Of a stretch of 64,000 nt of DNA, positions 46,729 to 56,575 are shown piece by piece. The notes under the pieces are model-generated. The model ran no database searches. It was not told where the DNA came from and saw only the letters and a list, made by a program, of their open reading frames with translations. The stretch spans positions 46,841 to 110,840 of the forward strand of contig JBFXLE010000010.1 of the NCBI GenBank assembly GCA_050173015.1, written 5' to 3'. The first letter of the stretch is position 1. The number at the start of each line of letters is the position of its first letter. The DNA is from Calditrichaceae bacterium. Its GTDB lineage: Bacteria; Calditrichota; Calditrichia; Calditrichales; JBFXGD01. The position numbers and the translations under genes are program-made.

Positions 46729-47640
46729 ATGGAAGAACGGATTTTAGAAGTCAGCAACGTTAAGAAGTCTTTTTCCGGTAATCTTGTCATTGATAATTTG
46801 TCTTTTAAAGTCAGCGGCGGAGAAACTTTCGGGCTTCTCGGGCCGAATGGCGCCGGTAAAACCACCATGATGCGCATGATAATGAATATGATCATGCCGG
46901 ATGAGGGTGAAATTCTTTATAACGGAAAGCAGCGACGCAAACTCAAATCGCTTCACTTTGGTTATCTTCCTGAAGAACGCGGTTTGTATCCCCGCGCGAC
47001 GGTCCTCGAAATGCTGGTTTATTTCGGAACGCTCAACAATCTTTCCACCCGAAAAGCGGAAGTGGAGGCGATTCGGTATCTTGACAGGCTTAGTATCGTT
47101 GAATTTACGGACACGCGCGTGAATCAGCTCTCGAAAGGTATGCAACAGAAAATCCAGTTTATCGCCGCGTTTTTGCATAACCCGGATGTTCTCATTCTTG
47201 ATGAACCATTCGCCGGGCTTGATCCGATCAATCAAATTGTGCTCAGGGATATACTTAATGAATACAAAAATGACAACAAGATTCTGATTTTATCCACACA
47301 CCAGATGGATCATGTGGAAAAACTATGCGACCATATCTGTCTGATGAATCAGGGTCAGGTTATTCTTGACGGCAGCATGGGGAACATAAAAAAATATTAC
47401 CGAGAAAACGCCTATTCAGTTGAGGCCGATACATCGCTGGCGTTTCTGCATGATTTAAATGAAATAAGCATATTGGAAGAAAACAGCAACGCTTATAAGT
47501 TTAAAATGAAACCGTCAAATGGTTCTGTCAGTCAGTTAATCACAAAGATCAGCCAGAAAGCCCGAATCAAAAAATTTGAAGTGGTCGAGCCTTCCCTGCA
47601 CGATATTTTTCTCAAACTTATTCAGGAAAAAAACAAATAA
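46729..47640 (+). CDS. ABC transporter ATP-binding protein (ABC-2/NatA-like)
   Basis: Walker A GLLGPNGAGKTT, signature LSKGMQQK, Walker B ILILDEPFAGLD, H-loop STHQM. Confidence 0.9.
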   Translation: MEERILEVSNVKKSFSGNLVIDNLSFKVSGGETFGLLGPNGAGKTTMMRMIMNMIMPDEGEILYNGKQRRKLKSLHFGYLPEERGLYPRATVLEMLVYFGTLNNLSTRKAEVEAIRYLDRLSIVEFTDTRVNQLSKGMQQKIQFIAAFLHNPDVLILDEPFAGLDPINQIVLRDILNEYKNDNKILILSTHQMDHVEKLCDHICLMNQGQVILDGSMGNIKKYYRENAYSVEADTSLAFLHDLNEISILEENSNAYKFKMKPSNGSVSQLITKISQKARIKKFEVVEPSLHDIFLKLIQEKNK

Positions 47641-47658
47641 CGGCAAAAGAGGATACCG

Positions 47659-49161
47659 ATGAAAAATTTATTCCGGATCGCCCGCTGGGAATTCAAGACC
47701 CGTTTTCGCTCCCGGTCATATATTTTCAATACATTCATCACTCCGTTTCTTTTTGTGATCCTGCTTACACTGCCCATATATTTTTTCCATTATCAGCCGG
47801 AGGTTTCCACCAAGCTGGTCGGTGTCATCGACCTGACCGGTGAAAAAATCGCCGATGATCTTCAGCAGGAGCTCAATCGTTATTACCGGCTAAAAAACCA
47901 ATCACCGGAATATATGATCCTCAATGTCTCTGTCAACAATTCAAAGTCTTATATGCAAAAGCAGAATGAATTCAATGAAATTCTGGCGCGGCAGGATTCT
48001 TTGAACGCGCTGTATAATCAGATTAAGGATGAACGAACGGACTATTATAAGAACACAAAAACCAGGAATCGCGCGTTCATGCTGAAATCATCCTATGAAA
48101 GACTTCAGGAAACCCGTGAAGAAAAAGAGCTTGTCGATATAGAAGCTACTCGGTTTAAAGCCACGGTGGACTCTGTATATGAGCGTGAAGCTCGTGTGAT
48201 GGCTGATTCACTCCTGATCTCCAATGTGTTGAACGCCTATCTGGTATTCTCCGGAAATTTTACAAAAACAGGAAACATGGAGCACCATTCACAGAATCCC
48301 GGCGATTTTCTGGATACCGAACGCCTGGATAAGATCCTCCAAAATATTATCATAAAGAAACGCATCACCGATGATAATATTGACAATACAACCGTCGCCA
48401 AATGGCTGAAACCGGTGCATATCAGAAAGTATCAGCTCTTTGCCAAAGGGCAGAAAGAATGGAATTTTTATGTTCAGTTTTACGGGCCCATCATTGGTGT
48501 TTTTCTTTTGTTTATCGCGATTTTTACCACCGGCGGCTATCTGTTTAGCGGGGTTCTATCCGAAAAGTCAAATAAAGTCATGGAAGTGCTTCTCTCCTTT
48601 GCCAGCAGCAGACAAATAATGGCGGGTAAAATTCTCGGATTGGGCCTCCTCGGGCTGCTTCAAATCTTTATCTGGTTCGGAATGACCGCGCTGATCATTT
48701 CATCCGGAGTGCTTCCGAACCAGGATATCAGTTACCTTAACGCGGAACACGCGCTTTATTTTCTGCTTTATTTCAGCCTTGGTTTTTTATTTTATGGATC
48801 TATTTTTGTCACCGTGGGATCCTTTTTCACGAGCGAATACGATGCCCAGCAGGTAAACCAGTTTTTGCGCGCGATTGCCGTTTTCCCGATATTTTTATCG
48901 CTGCTTGTTCTGGCGGAACCGAATTCGCTTCTTATCCGCGCTCTTAGCTATATTCCAATTTTCACGCCTTCGTTCATGATATTAAGAATACCGCTAAGCA
49001 GTACGCCCATTACGACTGATATCTATATCACAACAGTGATTTTGGTTATTTCCATAGTATTTATCCTTTTTATCGCTGGTCGGATATTCAGGATGGCTAC
49101 GCTAATGCAGGGGAAAAAACCATCATGGAATGAAATTTTCAGGTGGATACGATTTTCCTGA
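47659..49161 (+). CDS. ABC-2 type transporter permease (NatB-like, large extracytoplasmic loop)
   Basis: 500 aa: one N-terminal TM, a ~230-aa soluble loop, then five C-terminal TM segments. It follows the ATPase gene after an 18-nt gap. Confidence 0.75.
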   Translation: MKNLFRIARWEFKTRFRSRSYIFNTFITPFLFVILLTLPIYFFHYQPEVSTKLVGVIDLTGEKIADDLQQELNRYYRLKNQSPEYMILNVSVNNSKSYMQKQNEFNEILARQDSLNALYNQIKDERTDYYKNTKTRNRAFMLKSSYERLQETREEKELVDIEATRFKATVDSVYEREARVMADSLLISNVLNAYLVFSGNFTKTGNMEHHSQNPGDFLDTERLDKILQNIIIKKRITDDNIDNTTVAKWLKPVHIRKYQLFAKGQKEWNFYVQFYGPIIGVFLLFIAIFTTGGYLFSGVLSEKSNKVMEVLLSFASSRQIMAGKILGLGLLGLLQIFIWFGMTALIISSGVLPNQDISYLNAEHALYFLLYFSLGFLFYGSIFVTVGSFFTSEYDAQQVNQFLRAIAVFPIFLSLLVLAEPNSLLIRALSYIPIFTPSFMILRIPLSSTPITTDIYITTVILVISIVFILFIAGRIFRMATLMQGKKPSWNEIFRWIRFS

Positions 49162-49263
49162 TTCCGGCTTCTTTTTTGATTATATTTCCGGTCAAATATG
49201 AATCCGGGTTTCGTTAAAAGCGGATAAAGATTGGCATTTATTAGTCAATGCTTGGAATAAAAC

Positions 49264-50097
49264 ATGATAAATAAATCGCTGTCACTGACCATATTTTCCG
49301 TTTTTAACCTGCTTTCTTGTTCTACCGAAAACCCGGACGGGATTCACTATGTAACAATAATTCCGCACAATTCCAGTCTGCAGGGTATGGCTATTGAAAA
49401 AACCGGCCCCGACTCCTTAATTTTTTATATCGGTTTTGATGATGATACCGCCGGTACTATTAAAACTTATTTATTTAACCAATTGACCCTTACTGAAATC
49501 AACAGCTTCCCGCTTCCCTTTTCGCTAAAACACCCAAATGATATTAAAATTAGCGGGGACAATCTGATTCTGACCGGCTGGAACAACTCCAAATTCAGCC
49601 ATGTAGGTTGGATTAACAAATATACCGGTGAAATTCTGAAGATTGAATGTGATACGCTTGATACCGGCTGGAATCTGCAATTTACATTCATACATGATGA
49701 TGAGGTTCATTACGGCCTGACTTCCGGAACGCAGATTATAATAACGCGCCATTCCCGGGGTGATAAACTGCAGCAGGTGACGCATTTACAGCCCTCTATA
49801 AGTCCTTCTGAATACAGCCATATCCAGGGATCAGATATTATCGGCGACCGGTTCCTGGCCGTTCTGTATTCCTTCCCGACCCGGATTGATATTCATGATA
49901 TTTCACAAAATTACCAGCTTGTAAAGTCGCTAAAAGGCGATCCGCATGGAGAAGCGGAAGGACTGGCAGCCGTCAAAGGAGGATTTTTGCATAGATTATA
50001 TTACGGAATGACATTACCAAACAGGATTCATTACCAAACGGTCGAATTACCCGGCGAAGATGACCGGGATGCATCCCTGACAAATCCGCGTTATTGA
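49264..50097 (+). CDS. hypothetical lipoprotein
   Basis: 277 aa. Lipobox FNLLS-C-STEN. Beta-rich; no recognised family. Confidence 0.55.
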   Translation: MINKSLSLTIFSVFNLLSCSTENPDGIHYVTIIPHNSSLQGMAIEKTGPDSLIFYIGFDDDTAGTIKTYLFNQLTLTEINSFPLPFSLKHPNDIKISGDNLILTGWNNSKFSHVGWINKYTGEILKIECDTLDTGWNLQFTFIHDDEVHYGLTSGTQIIITRHSRGDKLQQVTHLQPSISPSEYSHIQGSDIIGDRFLAVLYSFPTRIDIHDISQNYQLVKSLKGDPHGEAEGLAAVKGGFLHRLYYGMTLPNRIHYQTVELPGEDDRDASLTNPRY

Positions 50098-50140
50098 GTT
50101 TCTGCCACCCGTCTGTTCCTCCAGTCAATCGATGAAAAAT

Positions 50141-52075
50141 TCATAATTTCAGCTGCATCTGAAACCGGATGTCCCTGGAAAGTGTTGATTCTGTCATCTG
50201 CCACCCGTTTGATAAAACATTGATGTCTTCCATATATCTGTAACGTAGTTTCAACCATACACTCACGTTTTCAATCATAGTTTTTCGTATCATAATGTAC
50301 CATTTATGACCTTTTCCATAAACCGGAATATTAGCAAAACTGCCCGGAATATCGGATTCATATTCATATATCCTTGTATCCCATGATTCTGTCTCAAAAA
50401 AACTAATCCTGCCGCTGATTGTCGTATTGCCTGAAGTGGCAAATGATATATCCTGAAACAGATTGGTTCCTTCTTCCGAACCCGGCTGTAACCGCGTAAA
50501 CTCCCATCTTGTCCGAAGCCGTAACTTTCCGGACGGCCGGTATTCGAACTGAAGACGCAAATAAGTCTGATCGCTAGTAAATCGATACTGTCGTTCATCC
50601 GTGTCGTATGTAAATTCTTCTGATTGTTTTTGCCGCAAACGAGCGGTGATCACACCTCTTTCGATCTTATAATCGGTCTGCAGCAGCCATTCATCTGACT
50701 TTACCGGCATTGGTTCAAAATATTCACGCCAAAGACTTTTTTTCAGCAGTTTATATCCGTTTACGGTTAATTTATCGGCGGGATCAATGGTGATTCCCAG
50801 ATAAATCCCTTCTTCAGCGCGGGGGAACGGATCGGAATCATCGAACACCCTTCCATAGGGTGATTGAAAATTCCGTGTCAGATACCAGTATTTCACACCG
50901 ATTTTCGACTTATCATTCTTAAGATAAATGGATTGGATATACCCCGGAGAGCCTTCATCTGAGAAGGACGCTTCGCCACTCAGGCTCAGTTGCCTGAAAC
51001 CGGTCTGATAATAAATTCCCTGTTCGTTCAGACCATCACCGGAGAAATTGTAATATTGCCGCCGCGCTTCGGACTCGCCCGCGGTTTCAATATTAAAAGA
51101 AAGACCGGGATCCCAGGAGACGCCCGACCAGATCAGACCAACATGCGTGGAGGGTATCAAATTAGTCGTAAGGGCAACCCCCCGCATATTTTCATTAATC
51201 AGATCTTTACCGTCTTCTTCGTGTTCTGTCCGGTGATATCCGTCATAATCAATCCCTATTATCACCCCATCCTGATTCAGCCTGGCATCCCGCTGATTCC
51301 TGCCGTAGAAAACATGCAGTTTACTTTCATAAGCAAGATTTGTACTCAAATAGACGCCTGTCTGTCCGCTGTTTTCGAGCGTACTCAGATAATAACTTCC
51401 ACCCTCGTATCCTGTCCTAAACGGCATAGTCGCCATTGAGCTTTTTTGCGAACTGAATGGATTTGAAAAGAGAAGCCCTTCCCCAAACTGCAGATAATAA
51501 CTGCCCGCGATTACACGCCAGTTCTCTTTTTTATATTCAACAGAAATCCGCCAAAGATCCAGATAGCTGTTTTCCCCCACATCCTTATTTGCCAGAAAAC
51601 CCGCTTTGAGTGAATTGCCGTACTGATACTGCATTTTTGTATAGCTGTAATATTCATCTCCAGTATAAACATTATTTTTAATCTCTTCCGGCTCTTCCAC
51701 CGACCTGTAATTTTTTTGCGTGAAAGTCGTTTTATGAGGGGATGGCCGTGACAGAATCACAAAATCTTTTATCTTTGAATAGAGCTTTCTGCCTACGATA
51801 CTACTCAATTCCCTTTTGCTTGCAAAACGGCCTTTTCTGTCTTTTACGGATAGGATTGAGTCTGCCATTTCCGGAGTGATAAATGGAATGGACAGCCATT
51901 CTTCTCTGTCCGCGTCATTCATACTGACGGGATTTGAGGACAGATTTTCAAGTATCTCAGTAATTTCTGTTCCTTCTTCTGATAATTCAGCCCATTCGAT
52001 TTGCAGGCTGTCCGTTTGAGCGTATAAAGTAATCGGAGAAAGAAGCACAAAAAAAGCAATAAAAAATTTTTGCAT
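50141..52075 (-). CDS. helix-hairpin-helix (ComEA-like) domain protein fused to a putative outer-membrane beta-barrel
   Basis: 644 aa. Signal peptide (SPITLYAQ). The N-terminal ...EWLSIPFITPEMADSILSVKDRKGRFASKRELSSIVG is HhH-like. The remaining ~500 aa show an alternating aromatic/beta pattern. Confidence 0.55.
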   Translation of the reverse strand: MQKFFIAFFVLLSPITLYAQTDSLQIEWAELSEEGTEITEILENLSSNPVSMNDADREEWLSIPFITPEMADSILSVKDRKGRFASKRELSSIVGRKLYSKIKDFVILSRPSPHKTTFTQKNYRSVEEPEEIKNNVYTGDEYYSYTKMQYQYGNSLKAGFLANKDVGENSYLDLWRISVEYKKENWRVIAGSYYLQFGEGLLFSNPFSSQKSSMATMPFRTGYEGGSYYLSTLENSGQTGVYLSTNLAYESKLHVFYGRNQRDARLNQDGVIIGIDYDGYHRTEHEEDGKDLINENMRGVALTTNLIPSTHVGLIWSGVSWDPGLSFNIETAGESEARRQYYNFSGDGLNEQGIYYQTGFRQLSLSGEASFSDEGSPGYIQSIYLKNDKSKIGVKYWYLTRNFQSPYGRVFDDSDPFPRAEEGIYLGITIDPADKLTVNGYKLLKKSLWREYFEPMPVKSDEWLLQTDYKIERGVITARLRQKQSEEFTYDTDERQYRFTSDQTYLRLQFEYRPSGKLRLRTRWEFTRLQPGSEEGTNLFQDISFATSGNTTISGRISFFETESWDTRIYEYESDIPGSFANIPVYGKGHKWYIMIRKTMIENVSVWLKLRYRYMEDINVLSNGWQMTESTLSRDIRFQMQLKL

Positions 52076-52131
52076 GGAAGTTCATCCTGTTAATGAAACA
52101 TCCCGTTTTCTTCCTATGACTCAAGATATTT

Positions 52132-52872
52132 TTAAGAAATCAGATGACTGCTGAAAAAAGATTTTACTTCAGGTATATCACTTTTAAGAGCGTCTTCAAG
52201 TTTGCCAAGAAATAATACACGGCCTTCATGCAGATATAGGATCCGGTCTGCAATCCGGCGGATACTGGCGATTTCATGTGTGACAATAACCAGGGTCATT
52301 CCGAGTTGTTCTTTTAATGACAGGAGTAATCGGTCTAACGATTCCGCGGTCACCGGATCCAGTCCGGCCCCCGGTTCGTCCGCGAACAGCAGTTTGGGAT
52401 CAAGAACAATCGCCCGCGCCAGGGAGGCGCGTTTTCTCATTCCCCCCGATAGTTCGGAAGGTAGATAGTGAAACACATGACCAAGACCGACAAGTTCCAG
52501 CTTTAACCTGACAATCTGTTCGATCAGCTCGGGTGACAGATTAGTATGCTGCTCAAGCGGAATTGAAATGTTTTCTCCGACCGTAATTGAATTTAGCAAC
52601 GCGCCGTTCTGAAAAAGGACTCCAACCCGCTTCAGGAGTTGATTGAAATCTTCATCATCCATATTCACAATGTTTTTGCCAAACACTTCAATAATACCTT
52701 CACGCGGCTGCAGCAATCCTATCAAATGTTTCAGAAGGGTTGTTTTCCCGCAACCGCTGGTACCTAAAATCACCAGAATTTCACCCTGAAACGCTTCAAG
52801 GGAAATATCGTTTAAAATAAGCCGGTCATTATAACCGCTGCTCAAATTTTCTATATTAATTATAGTTTTCAT
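52132..52872 (-). CDS. mlaF: ABC transporter ATP-binding protein, MlaF-like
   Basis: Walker A GTSGCGKTT, signature LSGGMRKR, Walker B LLFADEPGAGLD. The track ORF extends to 52920; ATG 52872 (MKTIINIENL) avoids a 44-nt overlap with mlaE. Confidence 0.85.
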   Translation of the reverse strand: MKTIINIENLSSGYNDRLILNDISLEAFQGEILVILGTSGCGKTTLLKHLIGLLQPREGIIEVFGKNIVNMDDEDFNQLLKRVGVLFQNGALLNSITVGENISIPLEQHTNLSPELIEQIVRLKLELVGLGHVFHYLPSELSGGMRKRASLARAIVLDPKLLFADEPGAGLDPVTAESLDRLLLSLKEQLGMTLVIVTHEIASIRRIADRILYLHEGRVLFLGKLEDALKSDIPEVKSFFSSHLIS

Positions 52873-52876
52873 GTGA

Positions 52877-53959
52877 TCATTCAAAATAAAATAATAATCC
52901 AAGAATGCTGTCCGCGACAATTACTAAAAATATGGACATCACCACCGAGGCGGTTGTTGACCTCCCGACGCCTTCGGAACCGCCTTTCACCTCCAACCCG
53001 AAATGTGTGCCGGTAATAACGATGATCAGGGCAAATATGATGCTTTTAACAAGAGAAGTCATGATTTCCTTATATCTTAACACGGTCAAAACCTCGTTAT
53101 AGAAAGGAATCAAATCAATATCGAGATAGGTCATGCCGATAACGGCGCCTCCGAAAATTCCGATAAAATTGGCAAACATGGTCAGCATCGGAAGCGTGAG
53201 TGTAATCGCGATTACTTTTGGAACGATCAGATACGGTATCGGATCAATACCCATTGCCTTGAGAGCGTCAATTTCTTCCGTAACCTGCATGGTCGCGATT
53301 TCAGCGGCGATGGCCGAGCCCGAACGCCCCGCCACCATGATCGCGGTGATCAGTGGGCCCATTTCGCTGACCATGGCGATCGCCACAAGATCGGCCACAA
53401 AGATATTGGCGCCGAACTGTCTGAGCTGCGCCGCGGATTGTAACGCCGTAATAAATCCGATTAAAAACGCGATCAGGGAGATGATAGGAAGAGCGTTTAC
53501 CCCAATCGAAATGCTTTGACGTATCACTTCGCCTTTGCGCCGCAATTTGGTTCTGAAAAGACTGACTAATCCCCAATATGTGATATTTGCCAGCAGCAGG
53601 ATAAAATCTTTTGATGTTTTTAACAGATCATATACAAAGCCGCCCGTTGATTCAAACATACCTTTTCGCGGCGGATCGGGAGGTTCTTCAGAATGTTTTC
53701 TTCTAAAGAGAATGAGAGATTGATTTATTTCATCCGGGACATTTATGAGTTCTACTTTTTTGTGGTCTTTTTCGGCCATCGTCGAAATACGGTCGATGGC
53801 AATCCCACCGGCGCTGTCTATCCTCGTCACCGATGAAAAGTCGATGCTCAGCGAATCCGCTGCCTTTTTACCGGTAAGCATTTCTTTTGCTTTCCGGAAT
53901 ATTTGCTCGGCATTATCAAAGGTTAAATATTCCGGAAGAATAAGACTCTCTTGATTCAT
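52877..53959 (-). CDS. mlaE: MlaE-family ABC permease with N-terminal STAS (MlaB-like) domain
   Basis: 360 aa. The first ~95 aa look like an anti-sigma-antagonist/STAS fold (...LSIDFSSVTRIDSAGGIAI...). The C-terminal ~250 aa carry the MlaE pattern (...MGPLITAIMVAGRSGSAIAAEIATMQVTEEIDAL...). Confidence 0.8.
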   Translation of the reverse strand: MNQESLILPEYLTFDNAEQIFRKAKEMLTGKKAADSLSIDFSSVTRIDSAGGIAIDRISTMAEKDHKKVELINVPDEINQSLILFRRKHSEEPPDPPRKGMFESTGGFVYDLLKTSKDFILLLANITYWGLVSLFRTKLRRKGEVIRQSISIGVNALPIISLIAFLIGFITALQSAAQLRQFGANIFVADLVAIAMVSEMGPLITAIMVAGRSGSAIAAEIATMQVTEEIDALKAMGIDPIPYLIVPKVIAITLTLPMLTMFANFIGIFGGAVIGMTYLDIDLIPFYNEVLTVLRYKEIMTSLVKSIIFALIIVITGTHFGLEVKGGSEGVGRSTTASVVMSIFLVIVADSILGLLFYFE

Positions 53960-53978
53960 CCTAAAAATATTGTCCAGT

Positions 53979-54590
53979 TTAATTTTTAAGTGTGGTATAA
54001 ATTCGGTTAATAAAAGAATTTACTTCATTGGTTAGAATCTGACTTACGTTCCTGGCAAAAACATTCATTCCTGCCGAACCTTTCATCGGAACAAATGTAT
54101 CAAATGAATGTCTTAGAATCAGTTCTCCGGATTTGGCGTCAGTCAAATCCATGGTCATTTTTAAATGTGCCGAAGAGTTCTTTTTCATATCGATACGCTC
54201 GATTTGTTCCACCAGGCCGTTTATCTGATAGCGCGGCTCGTGATCAAACAATCGAATTTCACATATCTTAAAAAGACCCGAATCATGAATTCGCTTCCAT
54301 GTAAAAAATGTAACGGCTGACCCGGGCAGATCGGCCCAATGGTGAAAGTAAAAGTAGTTGAGTTCATTGCTGTTTGTTCTTAGCGCGATCCTGCTCTGGT
54401 TATAGGCTTTGGCAACAATGAAAGGACGGATTTCAACGATATAGGGCAGTGTTGTTATCTCAAGACTGTCCGCCTGACTATCATCATCCGAAATACTATA
54501 ATTTTCAAGTATATAATATCTGGTCACTACCTGTTTCGAAGAACAGGATAATAAAATGAATATTGAAAACAGGATTATTAGATATTTCAT
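53979..54590 (-). CDS. ABC-type transport auxiliary lipoprotein (DUF330/PqiC-like)
   Basis: 203 aa. Lipobox FILLS-C-SSK. Its size and its position between the MCE and permease genes fit. Confidence 0.55.
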   Translation of the reverse strand: MKYLIILFSIFILLSCSSKQVVTRYYILENYSISDDDSQADSLEITTLPYIVEIRPFIVAKAYNQSRIALRTNSNELNYFYFHHWADLPGSAVTFFTWKRIHDSGLFKICEIRLFDHEPRYQINGLVEQIERIDMKKNSSAHLKMTMDLTDAKSGELILRHSFDTFVPMKGSAGMNVFARNVSQILTNEVNSFINRIYTTLKN

Positions 54591-55574
54591 TTAGTCATCC
54601 AATTTATCATCAGGCGGGTTATCAGGTTTGGTGCCGCCGATCAGAATCGATGGATTTTCATCGATCATTCTCGCGGCATGATTTAGATAGGTGACCGTTT
54701 CACTTAAATCATTGATCGTCTGGACCAGTTTACCCCTGTTCTGCGAATATAATATCTGTGTTTGACCCAACATTTTATTTAGGGTGGTCACGGTCGTATT
54801 CAGTTCTTTTATCAGATTGTAGATATCGGCTTCGCGTAATTTACGCGAAATTCCCGAGATATTCTCAATAGTCGCTTTGAATGTATCCGATTCAACGATT
54901 GACGCGATCGTCTCTGTTGTTCTTCTCGTCGATTTACCCGCGTAAACAAGATCCTGCATCATGGTATCAATATTAGTCATCGTGCGGGCCATACTTTCTT
55001 TGTTCTGCTTTAGCATTTTGTTGATTTGTTCAACGGTAATGGTTGTGTTATCAACAAGATCATAAATTTTCTTTTGGTTCTCGCCGGATGTCAATTCAAT
55101 CAGATTGTTCAAAGTCAGTTCGATTTTCTCCGCGATAATTTCCGCTTTTCCGGTAATATCTTCCGTCACGGATTTACCCGCCTGGATATATTTACCGGGC
55201 TTTAACAATTTTGCTTCATTGCTGCCGCCTCGCAATTCTATTAATTTCAGACCCGTGATACCAACGGTGGAAATCTCCGCCTTAACATCATCTTTTATGG
55301 GTGTCCCCGCATCCAGCGCGACTGTAACAATAACCCGGTTCACATCGTTGGGATCAATTTTTATGTCCCTGATCGTACCGACCCGGATTCCCAGATATTT
55401 TACGGAGCTGCCCGGTTCCAGACCGCTCACCGATACATCCTGATAGGCAATATGATAGACGTCTTTTTCTTCAAAAAAACGATTGACGGATAAGGCAAGT
55501 ACAGCCAGTATCAGGATTGCGAAGGCGAAGACGATAAAAATTCCGAGCCGGATCTTTTGCGATTTTGTTATCAT
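54591..55574 (-). CDS. mlaD: MlaD/MCE family protein
   Basis: 327 aa. N-terminal TM segment, MCE domain (..VSGLEPGSSVKYLGIRVGTIRDIKI...), and a C-terminal helical extension. Confidence 0.85.
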   Translation of the reverse strand: MITKSQKIRLGIFIVFAFAILILAVLALSVNRFFEEKDVYHIAYQDVSVSGLEPGSSVKYLGIRVGTIRDIKIDPNDVNRVIVTVALDAGTPIKDDVKAEISTVGITGLKLIELRGGSNEAKLLKPGKYIQAGKSVTEDITGKAEIIAEKIELTLNNLIELTSGENQKKIYDLVDNTTITVEQINKMLKQNKESMARTMTNIDTMMQDLVYAGKSTRRTTETIASIVESDTFKATIENISGISRKLREADIYNLIKELNTTVTTLNKMLGQTQILYSQNRGKLVQTINDLSETVTYLNHAARMIDENPSILIGGTKPDNPPDDKLDD

Positions 55575-55887
55575 ATAATTTCAGAAGTTAAGAGAGAGAT
55601 GAGTTAATATTTGTTGTTCATAGATTAAGTTAAATGCTGGATATCTAAATTGCAATCAGATTTATAAATATCAGCTTTACGAACAAAGCGTCTATTTTAT
55701 TTCCAGTGCGAATTATTTGTTTTTTTTATTTTATTCCTTTATATTAGCGCTCTGTTTTCGACCGGTATATGGTAGTCGAAATTCAGAATTATGTTGGTTT
55801 CACAAAGTCGGTATGATGATTGAGTCGCCGTTTAAAAGCTAAATTGAAAATTAAAATTAAGATCAAGCCCTTCAGGAGAGAGATCTC

Positions 55888-56118
55888 ATGGCAAAATCAA
55901 CCAGAGAGCAGACCAAATTCCAGGGAATTTCTTTCGGAAAAAGAAATTTATATTTACTCTCAATCGGCTTGATTACAATTGTAATCGGTTATATATTAAT
56001 GGCTCAGCCGCCGGTGAACGGATTTTTATCCCGAACGCTGGCTCCTGTTGTTCTGGTCATCGCGTATTTGGTAATCATCCCAATCGCGATTTTTATCAGG
56101 GACAAGAAAAAAGAATAG
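55888..56118 (+). CDS. small two-TM membrane protein (DUF3098-like)
   Basis: 76 aa. FGKRNLYLLSIGLITIVIGYILMA plus a second TM. RBS AGGAGAGAGA lies upstream. Confidence 0.5.
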   Translation: MAKSTREQTKFQGISFGKRNLYLLSIGLITIVIGYILMAQPPVNGFLSRTLAPVVLVIAYLVIIPIAIFIRDKKKE

Positions 56119-56133
56119 ACAGCCATTTTATTC

Positions 56134-56208
56134 GGGCGGTTAGCTCAGCTGGTTTAGAGCACCTGCCTTACAAGCAGGGGGTCATAGGTTCGAATCCTAT
56201 ACCGCCCA
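56134..56208 (+). tRNA. tRNA-Val: tRNA-Val (anticodon TAC)
   Basis: Hand-folded 75-nt cloverleaf: acceptor GGGCGGT/ACCGCCC, D-arm GCTC...GAGC, anticodon arm CCTGC-CTTACAA-GCAGG, V-loop GGGTC, T-arm ATAGG-TTCGAAT-CCTAT, discriminator A. CCA is not encoded. Confidence 0.95.
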
Positions 56209-56212
56209 CAAA

Positions 56213-56252
56213 AACCCACTTAAGTTATTGTTTTTACTTGAGTGGGTTTTTT
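56213..56252 (+). terminator. intrinsic terminator after tRNA-Val
   Basis: Stem AACCCACTTAAGT / ACTTGAGTGGGTT (one G-U pair), followed by TTTTTT. Confidence 0.75.
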
Positions 56253-56575
56253 GGTTTAGGGCTAAAAGTCGCAATATAGTATCGTTTTAATATGTTCACG
56301 AACCGCTTAATTATTTTTTTACTTGCTCCATCTTTACAGATCCAAAATTAATATCATTTTTATGCGCGGATCTTTAAATATTTCTGTCGAAATCTCGGAC
56401 ATTAATCATCATTCAACCGTAAAATGTTAATCAAAAGTTTTCGTAATATTTTAATCTGGGACACAACTCTATAATTTACACCATTTATCTTATTATATCA
56501 GAACCGACTCCCCGATTCCCATTCTCAGTTTGTCATCGGTTCATATGTTTCAATTTTTATGTTTAACAGGGTTGG

